A stretch of 64,000 nt of DNA, from assembly GCF_006345805.1 (NCBI RefSeq), contig NC_043007.1, positions 40,548,001 through 40,612,000 of the forward strand. Reading direction: 5' to 3'. The stretch comes from Octopus sinensis. Its lineage: Eukaryota. Below the pieces are notes generated by a model. The model ran no database searches. It worked only from the letters and a program-made list of their open reading frames with translations, and was not told the DNA's origin. The translations under genes were made by a program, and so were the position numbers. This document shows, piece after piece, positions 32,532 through 64,000 of the stretch (positions are counted from its first letter, which is position 1; every line of letters begins with the position of its first letter).

Positions 32532-32571
32532 ATAAACAGTAAAATCTAGATCCACCGAGAACGGAAACAAT

Positions 32572-53591
<21,020 letters not shown>

Positions 53592-53943
53592 ATATCGTTA
53601 GAAAACGCTGTAACAATACGACAAATATATCAACGATATAATCGTTACAATTTAAGGAGACTAGATATGATCGGAGTTAAGAATGATTACATTTTTTAAA
53701 AATTCAAAATAGGAAGGTCATATTGCTTTGATATCTCTATAAAATATATTATAACTATAGCAAATTTTTGATATTTCTTATATCATTAGACGACAAAAGG
53801 CTTTTCGCCAAATGTCTTTCTCTCCTATAATCTACGGTGGAAAGTATTTAGCTATTTCAGAAAATATGCCTGTATGCCTGTCTGTCTATGTGTATATCTT
53901 TCTCGCTTCTTTTCAGAAATATGTGTATGAGTGTGTATGTATG

Positions 53944-54034
<91 letters not shown>

Positions 54035-54082
54035 TTTATAATTATACATATATATTATAATTATATATATATGTATATATAT

Positions 54083-54470
54083 AGGCGCAGGAGTGGCTGT
54101 GTGGTAAGTAGCTTGCTAACCAGCCACATGGTCCCGGGTTCAGTCCCACTGCGCGGCATCTTGGGCAAGTGTCTTCTGCTATAGCTCCGGGCCGACCAAT
54201 GCCTTGTGAGTGGATTTGGTAGACGGAAACTGAAAGAAGCCTGTCGTATATATGTATATATATGTATATGTATGTGTGTGTGTTTGTGTGTCTCGCTTGA
54301 CAACCGATGCTGGTGTGCTTACGTTCCCATCACTTAGCGGTTCGGCAAAAAGTGACCGATAGAATAAGTACAAAGCTTACAATTAATAAGTCCCGGGGTC
54401 GATTTGCTCAACTAAAGGCGGTGCTCCAGCAAATGACTGAAACAAGTAAAAGAGTAATTGAGTAAAAGAG
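54083..54470 (+). mobile_element. CORE-like tRNA SINE (family 3; possibly octopus OR-type)
   Basis: tRNA-like head, then cttgggcaagtgtcttct (CORE-like), internal STR and an agtaaaag tail; the family name is tentative. Confidence 0.8.
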
Positions 54471-54529
54471 TATATATTAACACGGCCTTGGAAAGCAAGT
54501 AATATATTTCTATTTCTATTTAATATTTT

Positions 54530-55567
54530 AAAATATTTTAATAAGTCTTCTGGTATTATTTTGTATACTATATAAATATTGATTGTTATTTAATGATTTA
54601 GTTGTTAAAGACATGTATATAATTATTAGATTATAACTCTACGTTATTTGTAAGATATTACTTAGCCAAAGAGATATATAGATTGTGAATAGTTATACGG
54701 TTTTTAAAAGTTAGGTTACTGGTTTATAATTTGATTTTAATCTTTAATTTTTTAATGCATCTCATAATTATATTATATTAATATTTAATATTTAGGTAAG
54801 TAGTATAGGATTAATTAATTAATTTATTTTTCTTTATATGTCTATACGTTTATTGATAGCGTAAATTTTAGATTTTAATCGCTATATTTGTTGATAATAA
54901 TTTGTTATTATTTTTTAAATATTTTATAATTATTAGATGTGTACTTAAATCTAAAATTTGAATAATGATTATTTAGTTTAATTATTTAGTAATTAATTTA
55001 GGATTATAACTGAGTTAATGATATTCGTGAATTTATTATGTTTTCTTTAGCCATATTATATATTCATAGATATCTCTAATAGTGACTTTGTTCTATTGTA
55101 GCTTAAATATAGCCATTTTCTATTGACAATATGTATTAGTATTTTTCATTGATAAAATATATTCGTAGTTTTCATTGTTAAAAGAATTTTCCATTTGTCT
55201 GTTATTAGTTTAGTTAATGACACGATTTTGGAAAGCTGAGTTAACCTTCTTATTAAGTTATTTTAATAATTTATGCTATATTGTATTATATTGGATACTA
55301 TATAACTACTGTTTGTTAATTTGATTGTATAATTATTTAGTGGTTGAAGATTTGTATTTCATTATTAGATTATAACTATACGTTTTTTGTAAGTTATTAC
55401 TTAGCCAACGAGATATATAGATCGTTAAATACGGTGTTTTTAAGATAGGTTATACGTTTATAATTTGCTTTTTCATCTTTAATTTTTTAATATATTTCAT
55501 AAATATATTACATTAATATTTAATATTTACGTAAGGTATAATGGAATAATTAATTTATTTAGTTTTC

Positions 55568-55616
<49 letters not shown>

Positions 55617-55840
55617 TAATAGAGTAAATTTTAGTTCTTAATTATTATGTTTATTGATAATAATTTAGTTATTATTCTTAAATATTTTATAATTATTAGA
55701 TTTGAACTTAAATTTAAAAACATGAATAGTGCTTATTATGTTAAATAATTTATTAATTAGATATTGACTACAAGTGGGATTAGGATATTCGTGAGTTTAT
55801 TATGTTTTTTTAAAAAGCCATATTATATCTTAATAGATAA
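54530..55840. repeat. AT-rich diverged tandem dimer, period about 739 bp
   Basis: attagattataact.tacgtt.tttgtaag.tattacttagccaa.gagatatatagat at 54625 and 55364; collinear similarity over more than 500 bp. Confidence 0.85.
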
Positions 55841-56412
55841 ATACATTTTTCTATCTATTTTTTTTACTTTAAAAATTAATATTTAACATAATATTTGGGT
55901 TGTAGGACATAATCCTAATGGTTGAAGTTTCTAATTTGATAATAGAGTTTTTTATTAGAAAAATTATTATTTTTTATTTTTTTTTAAATATTGTTTAAAT
56001 ATATTTGCTCATTTATTTAACTATTACCATTAACCTGAAGATTGACTATAATTATAATTCGAATTTTTAATTGAATTTAAATTAATTGTAATTCGAATTG
56101 GCCATGAAACGTACGTAGTGGTTTTACTTATTATTTTATATTAAACTGTTTTAATACTTTTTGATAGTATAAGAAAAAAATGTTTAAAAGTTAAAAAATT
56201 TATAAATTTAAAATTTAAAAATATATAAAAAAATATAAAACTTTATAAAAATTTATAAATATACGAAATTTTAAATTTAATAATTTGAATTATAAATTTT
56301 ATACTTTTTGTATATTATATTGATTATATTTATTTTTATGCTTTGGTTTATGTTTGATTTTTCCTGATAGTGGTTTTATCTCTAATTTAATTTATACATA
56401 TATATATATATG

Positions 56413-56545
56413 CGAATTAAACATTGGGAGGTGTTCATTTAAGTACATCTAATTTTAATGTCTTTTTCCTGTGTACTTGGAAGTAATATTCCCTAATAAT
56501 TATAATATATATATATATTATAATTATTAGGAATTATTACTAATA

Positions 56546-56576
<31 letters not shown>

Positions 56577-56640
56577 GTACACAGGAAAAAGACATTCAAA
56601 TTAGATGTACTTAAATGAACGTCTCTCAATGTTTAATTCG
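56413..56640. repeat. Inverted repeat (65-bp arms) enclosing an inner (TA)n-centred palindrome
   Basis: 56413..56477 vs 56576..56640; inner palindrome 56482..56541. Confidence 0.9.
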
Positions 56641-56649
56641 TATATATAA

Positions 56650-56898
56650 AAGTAATTGTAGAGACAGAACCACCTTCAACTCAATCAGCACTGAAAGATT
56701 GTATAACCGACCACTCCATAAAATGTAAAAAATTAAATCTTATACTAACTATATCTATTCTGAATCCGGAAAATACAGGATTGAGAATAATAGATATAGT
56801 TAGTATAAGATTTAATTTTTAACATTTTGTGGAGTGGTCGGTTATAAAACCTTTCATTGTTGATTGAGTTGAAGGTGGTTCTGTCTCTAAAACTACTT
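56650..56898. repeat. Imperfect inverted repeat, about 118-bp arms, 10-nt loop
   Basis: tagagacagaaccaccttcaactcaatc... mirrored around ggaaaataca (56768-56777). Confidence 0.92.
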
Positions 56899-57499
56899 GC
56901 ATATATATATATATATATATATATGTACATATATATATATGGTTGTGTGTGTGTGTTAAAAAATAAGACAACAAAACCAAAGCTGTGTAGAATTTCAGGA
57001 CATTTATAATCAGAAGCGATGTGAGATGGTTAAATAGAGGAAAACATTAGAGCTCAATATGAGAAGTTATTTTGGGAAAGGAAGTAAATATGGAGTATAT
57101 AGAGAAATAGAAGAATGAATATAGAAATAAAATGTATAAAGATGTTATAATTGCAGTTCTATTATCTAAGGAAAGTGGTAAAAATGCTTCCTGTCCGTGG
57201 TATGTAAATTCCAGTAGAAGTTCGTATTTTATCATCACAAATAGAAAGTGTGGAGACGTAGATTCCATATGTTGTTCATTCAAAGAGGTCTTTTGGTGTG
57301 AACGAAAATTTGAGAATGTAGTGGTAGTATTAAGTGCATAGAGAGGGAAGAAGAGATGTGTATGTTAAAATGAAGAGAGAGGTCAAAAGGAAAGTTTTAC
57401 CACAAATCTAATGCAATTGTATTGTTATGCTTATTAATTCAAAGTATAGGTTCCTTTTCATCTGTAGGCAATTTATCATTTATCTTGCTGGCTGTTTGA

Positions 57500-58000
57500 G
57501 AGTTAGCATTATTTTGAAATTTAATTTTATGTGTATACGCTGCCTTAGCTAATGCTGAGTTATGATAGTCCTTATTAATATTAAAGATTTCTGTTAGATG
57601 AGAGGTAATTCTGTGTTGAATATTTTAAACTAAACATTTAGTTATTGTTTGGGGATGATTACTATCCTAATTAATATATGCTAACTTTGAATTAGATTTG
57701 TGATATAGTGCACGGTTGCCTGTGAGTAGATTAATGTTGACATCTAATAAATGTACAGAATTATGCTCATTTTCTACAGAAATTGTCAGGCCAAATGTAT
57801 TAAAGAATTTGTGAAATTTCTTCTTGTAATTTTCTAATTTTCTGTTACTGGTAATTTTAATTATAAATAAAGCATCGTCTCTATATAACCCTTCGGCTAT
57901 TTCTGGAAATTCATTAATGAACTTGTACAGAATATAAATTCCTGCAATTTCAGTGTAAGCCCTTCTATTTATAAATGTTCTGAAATCTTTCACAGCCTTG
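57500..58000 (-). mobile_element. Degenerate Penelope-like RT/thumb fragment
   Basis: TEIAGIYIL...GLYRDDAL...FGLTISV...LLDVNINL...YIN*DSNHP.TI.K. Confidence 0.75.
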
Positions 58001-59729
58001 GATTTTTATCTCATTCTGTTAATATTTTTTTATATATTCATATATATATTAATACTGTTCACATTCGTACATCTATACATCAGTATAAATACGTGTATAG
58101 AGATGCTTGTAATTATCATTCAAAATTTTGAGGATGTAATTTCCTCGTAAGAGATTGTTAATAACAATTCAAATGCCAACTGGCTTTATCAAATATATTG
58201 AAAGAAAGTACCTCAATATATGTGTATAAACAGTCTAATGAATTATAATTATAATAAAAGAAAATGAAGAAGAAAAAATATAATAGATACTTGGTTCATT
58301 TTATTTGTACCACAATGAAAAAGTAATGCAAAATAAAAGTGAATCCGATAAGGATAAGGATAAAAGAAACTGGATCAACAAAACAACCAAAATATATCCG
58401 AAAAAAATTTACACATGTTTCAACCAGACAGTATGTTCGAATCAACATTCAAACGATTATAGATGTAAGAAACCATATATTGCCGGGTATCTCCAGGAAA
58501 AAGTAAGTACATTTTCCGCTCTTGAATTACGAAATAACTAATTTGAGAACTGTGTTTTGAAATTTTCAAATGTAAACAACAACTTACTAGGACGCGGAGT
58601 TAATGTGATTAGATATCGGTCGTTAAAATTTAGCTAATATTGATCGTTGAAACGTTGCTAAAACATCAAAGGCATTGGAAACATATATTTATAAAAGTTT
58701 ATGGGACGAAAATAGGATAAAAACAAATGTAACACCTTAAGGATGAAGGAATTTCATACGAAATTAAATGGAGAAGAATAGAGCTGCTGGGGCCCTATAT
58801 AAACTGCTGCGGACGATGTAAACTTTGCATTGTAGAGTAGGCAAGGATCCTTAAAGGCTCGCTGGACCCGGAATATCTCTTGAATCCAAGACACGAGATC
58901 TATACCCATGCCCCCATTTCAAACGCTACCTGCAACAAGCGTGGGATTTCTCGTTCGTCGATTAGGGATGTAAAATGTATTTGCAGGCCGGAACCAACCT
59001 AAGGGAGAAAAATTCCCGTTCACACTTTAGGTCCATAAGATTTGCTGCCTGGACCGGACTAGGGGTGATAACTCGTCCCGTATAAGGCCTAGGCGGTGTA
59101 TATTTTCTTTTATTTACAAATTAACTGACCGTAACGGTTCTCTACTTCCAAGCTGAAGAGAGGTTAAATACCCACGGTCATTGGAGTTTGACGAGTCGTA
59201 TATAAAGTTAAACGCTGTATGGATGCAAAACCATTGGTCACTCTACGACCAATCATATTTTTAACTTCATATATATACATACGTGCGTGTGTGTGCCCAC
59301 TAGCGCAGCTAGGTGGGGCGGCAGGGGTGGTCCGGCCCGGGCGGCTTTTTAAAAGGGTGCCACTTATGGGTCTGCTGCAGGCAGTATGTGTTTTATGTAC
59401 GGCCCGAGGGGGCCAAATGGAAGGACCGCCTGGGCGGCACACATTTCAGCACACATTACGTACGGTGAAGAATCTGTTATCATGTTATGAATACACATCT
59501 AAGATAAATTTCTTATTGAAAAAATAATTGTCTAATTGAAAAATTTTCATTTTTGCGAAATATAGCTAACGGGAGGTAACCGTGCAAAACATGTAAATAT
59601 TAAAATATACGAAGACCCATTAGCTTATACCAATTACTCCTCATGCATTTCAACATTTCAATATTGCCATAAATGAGCTATTAAAATAAATATTTGCTTA
59701 TGAGATATGATATACAATATATAACATAT

Positions 59730-60041
59730 GTGGAGGCGCAATGGCCCAGTGGTTAGGGCAGTGGACTCGCGGTTGTAGGATCGCGGTTTCGATTCCCAGA
59801 CCGGGCGTTGTGAGTGTTTATTAAGCGAAAACACCTAAAGCTCCACGCCGACTCCGGCAGGATGTGGGGTGGCGATCCCTGCTGTACTCTTTCGCCACAA
59901 CTCTCTCTCACTTTCTTCTGTTGGCCTGCTCGCTTAGCCAGCGGGTTGGCGTCATTTGAAGGCTAAAACAATGCGAAGCGCATTGTGACCAGCGATGTGT
60001 AGCAACATTTGATAGCCTGGTTGGTCACTGTGGTCACGGTG
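59730..60041 (+). mobile_element. tRNA-derived SINE (family 1 head, tail type c)
   Basis: Same head and body as 4302..4694 with a third unrelated tail; TSD atataacatat at 59719 and 60042. Confidence 0.88.
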
Positions 60042-61684
60042 ATATAACATATAATATATAATATAATATACCACAAAATATATAACATTTGACAATCAGT
60101 GAAATTATTGAAACGAAATCTATAGTACGAACTAGATGCCAAGTTTATAAATATGATGTTACTCTTCACTATATTAAGTACTCACATTGAAGTCAGGGGA
60201 AATAAAATCATAGTAATAAATAAATAGCATACCACACAATATATAATATATAATATATATATGAATACTTGATAAATATTACAATTTACGAAAAATATTA
60301 AAATATAAGAGAAATATTAAAATATTAAAATTTACGAAAAATTTACCCACACGTGGGTATAAAAGAAAGGTATGAATTATACTCAGCAGTATATTTTTGC
60401 GAGTGTGGATTGATATCGGACATACGATGACGCTGATCGTGTGCATATTTTTAAATACTCGTGAACTTATACGAAATACTATGCTGAAGGGTAACAGTAA
60501 GTAAATTATTTTTTACTTTAAGTTCAGCCTTATTGAACCTTCCAAAATTTCGTGTCGATCTCTGTAGACATTATCAGTTCGTCTTTTATCCTTTCAAAAG
60601 TTGACAATATATATAATTCAAAATTTAAACAACCGTGACTCATATGAAATTTTGGAGCTATGTGTCTAGTGAAATGAATTTGATATTTGTTCGGTTCTGT
60701 AAAGCGACAAGCTGATAGAATCGTTTGAACGCCGGGAAAAATGCTTAGCGGCATTTCGTCGGTCTTTATGTCATTAGTTCAAATTCCGCCGAGGTCGACT
60801 CTGCCTTTCATGTTTTCAGGGTCGATAAAATATGTTGGATAAAATAAGTAGAGATAAAATAAATCGATAAAATAAGTTGAACACAGAGGTCGATGTAAAT
60901 GTCTTACTCCTTTTTCACGAAATTTCTGGCCTGGTGCCAAAATTTGAAACCAATATGTCTCTGTCTCTGATGCTAACAATTCTGCTAGCTCGCCACCTTC
61001 TTTTTTCTAGTTTTGGCACAATGCCAGCAATTTTGAGAAGGAGGAAGAGGCCAGTCGATTATATTATCTTCAATACGTAACTGAAAGATGATAGTCAAAG
61101 TAGACCTCAGTTGGATTTTAAATTAGAACGTAGAAAGATGGAAGAAATGCTTCTTAATTTCTTACATTCTGAGTACAAATTCTGCTGAGAATCAGTTTGC
61201 CTTTTATTCTTTCGGGGTCGATAAAATAAGTACTAGTTGAGTACTGATATCGATGTATTCGACTTACCCCTCCCACAAAATTTGGGCTTTATGCCTATAG
61301 CAGAAAGGATTATTGTTATTCCATATACACTCAACAGGTTAGACTGTTATAAAAGAAAAATTTCTAACATCAGGCTACAACAAGTAACCTTAGATGCCAA
61401 AAACTCACCTATGTATCCTAGCTGCCCCTAATAACCCTATTTTCTGGAGCTGTACTAAATTGGGTTTTATGCCTATTTCTTCTATCCCTCTATTCAAATC
61501 TTTTGGAATAGTTCCTAGTGCACACATAGCTACAGGTATACATTTTACTCGCACTTTCCATTGTCTTTGTAAGTCAATGGCTAGGTCCTAGTACTTTGAT
61601 ATTTCTCTATTCCTCTAATATTGTAAAGTCCATTATATGGAACTTTCTATTCTCTCTATCAACTACTACTAAATCAGGCCTTGT

Positions 61685-62850
61685 CTCAGGTCATTAAGAA
61701 TTAAATGTCCGATTTTCTTATAGACCATGTTTGACAGCCGCTAACTCTAAAGTTTTATCATGACACTTTTTGGTTTTACAACATTGAAGAGTTACATCAT
61801 CACTTTTCGAAATGTAATTTAAGGTATCTGATTATATTGTGACTTTTCTCTTCTAAATCAATTTTTGTTAACCCATGGATAGATCAAAAGTTCGTGTTGT
61901 TTATGAATACGAGTTCTGTCGTGGGACCAATGCATCCCAGACAGCTCGAAACATCAATTAGATGTTTGGTAAAGATAACGCGAATGAGCGCTCTGTATGT
62001 TGATGTATCAAGAAGTTCCGGTCTGCTGACTTTACTCTTGAAAATCAGCTCCGTGGTTGACCTGAGACCAAAATGTATAATGATCTGCTGGAAACTGTAG
62101 TAGAAGCAGATACATCTCAAACTACGCGTGAGTTAGCAGCAAGGTTTGATGTTTAAATTCCAACTGTATTGGACCATCTAAAACAAATCAGTAGAGTAAA
62201 GAAGCTGGACAAGTGGGCACAACATGAACTGAACAAACATCAAATGACATGTCATCTTGAAACTTGCTGTTCTTTGCTGTCACGGCATAAAAGTGAGCCA
62301 TTTTTGCATCGTACTCTGACGTGTGATGAAAACCGAATTCACTTCAACAATAGCAAGCATTCTGCATGGTGGTTGGATAGAAGCGAAATGCCAAAACACA
62401 ATCCAAAAAACAATATTCACCAAAGAAAGCTAATGGAGTCTGTTTGGTGGTCCAGTGCAGGTGTCATCTACTACAGCTTCATGAGACCTGGTAACTTAAT
62501 TTCAGTTGATGTATACATCAACCAATTGGATGAAATTATGAGTGAACTTGAAATTAAACAACCGAGATTGGTCAATAGAGACAGGCCAATTCTCTTGTAT
62601 GACAATGCTCGAACACATGTTGCACAAAGAACGCAACTCAAGTTACAGGAACTGAACTTGGAAGTACTCTGTCATCCACCATATTCACCAAACCTTACAC
62701 CAACTGACCATCATATTTTCCAGGTATTAGACAACTTTTTGCAAGGAAAAAACTTCAAATCTGAAGATGCAAAAACAGCCTTTCGTGATTTCATCACCTC
62801 TTGCTCTCCAGAATTCTTCGCTGCCGGCATAAATATGCAATAGGTAAAAT
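61685..62850 (+). mobile_element. Defective mariner transposon (SETMAR/Hsmar1-like), 3' end missing or interrupted
   Basis: ATG at 61875 (MDRSKVRVVYEYEF...), ORF 62169..62843 with TCDEN, LLYDNARTH, HPPYSPNLTPTDHHIF; upstream stops. Confidence 0.9.
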
Positions 62851-63743
62851 GGCAAAATTTAGTGAAAGTGAAAAAAACGAAACTCGTCAATAAGACATTT
62901 TAGCAAAAAATGATGGATTTGTATAGCGATAGACAGCAACGGAATTTTCTTTCATGGGGTTTCTTTTCTTTTCCAGATTATTTCGCATGCATTCAACGAA
63001 CGTGACATCGAAATCACGCGTAAACGGCCCCTTTCCACAGAAAAGAAAATATTTAACTATTTCTTTCACGCCCTGCTGCCACGTAACCGGTATTTCGGGT
63101 CCTTTATTGCAAATAGCTGTTACATGGTAGCTGGGTGAGCAAAAAGTAACAGCCATAAATTTGGAGGCGAGATACGTTGAATGCACCTGAAAAAAAAGCT
63201 AATGAGAAAAAATATTTCACACCGAAGTTACGAACGGGTCTTTTACGAAATATTTACGGTATTTTTTAAGTCATTTTCACTTTAAAATATTTCTTGAATA
63301 TGCCAAAAAGTTTTGTAATAGCATTCACTTGAAAATAATTTTTAAAAACATTGAAATATTGTCTGTTTAAAGAAAGCTAAAATATGAATACTTACTGTAC
63401 AAACAACTTACATTTTTGAAATCACATTCACTTAAAAAGATTTGTAAATGATTAAAATACTGTTTAGCAAAAGCGAAAATAGAAACATTTTGCTGTAAAA
63501 AAAATTCGTATTTTTTCATTGTCAATCATTGTGTCTTATCGAAAGGTAAGAGTTTCTTCCCTTTCAAGATTAAATTATCCACGCGGATTGGAAATTTTTG
63601 TTGAGGGCTTATATGCCCCTTTATTAGACCATTTTCCTTAGTCAGTGCACGGTGATCGCCATAAAATTTAAGCTTGTATAAAAATACCATTGTTATTATT
63701 TGCAGGATTGTAAAAACGGTGCCGTATAAAAAATCACTCGCAC

Positions 63744-63883
<140 letters not shown>

Positions 63884-64000
63884 AACAACCATCATAATTT
63901 ATGCGTCTCGAAACATGCCGATAGAAATTTCTAAAAAATTTCTTTATAACCGTATTGGTCCCAATTTCGGGATTAATTCATAAGAATTTTCCCCTCGTCA

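Noticed and set aside
54540-55250. Minus-strand frame whose stops are all TAA/TAG, suggesting a ciliate-code ORF
   Set aside because: In such A/T-rich, G-poor sequence, TAA at about 8% of codons and the absence of TGA are expected by chance.
62850-63290. Possible MITE interrupting the mariner 3' end (aaagtgaaaa / ttttcacttt)
   Set aside because: The terminal match is short and low-complexity, and there is no convincing TSD.

Overview
Repeat-rich animal genomic DNA, most likely an octopus. This is inferred from the dense (TA)n/(CA)n/(TATG)n/(TTA)n microsatellites and from SINE families resembling octopus SINEs; the species cannot be determined from the sequence. The core content is two complete, intact, divergently transcribed (head-to-head) 10-exon SLC22-family (MFS organic ion transporter) paralogues, assembled by hand. 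Gene A is on the minus strand (3518..22892, 571 aa) and gene B on the plus strand (32572..53591, 564 aa). All introns are GT-AG, the intron phases are identical in both genes, and the ATGs are about 9.7 kb apart. By manual alignment to human OCT1/OAT1 recalled from memory, both proteins have an unusual predicted pocket: TM4 Glu and TM11 Arg at the positions of the OCT1 K214-D474 pair, with several pocket aromatics lost. The two paralogues have a conserved extracellular loop but strongly diverged TM7-8. The rest of the window is mobile DNA: a CR1/L2-group LINE, an RTE LINE with twin-priming-like inversion geometry, Penelope-like and R4/Dong-like fragments, several Tc1/mariner fossils, three copies of a GG-ended MITE with 8-bp TSDs, TTAA- and TA-flanked MITEs, Helitron-like non-autonomous elements, modular and multimeric SINEs, several long near-perfect foldbacks and an unexplained AT-rich dimer of about 740 bp. 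Most ORFs in the supplied track are microsatellite artefacts. All alignments, counts and family assignments are by eye and need computational confirmation.
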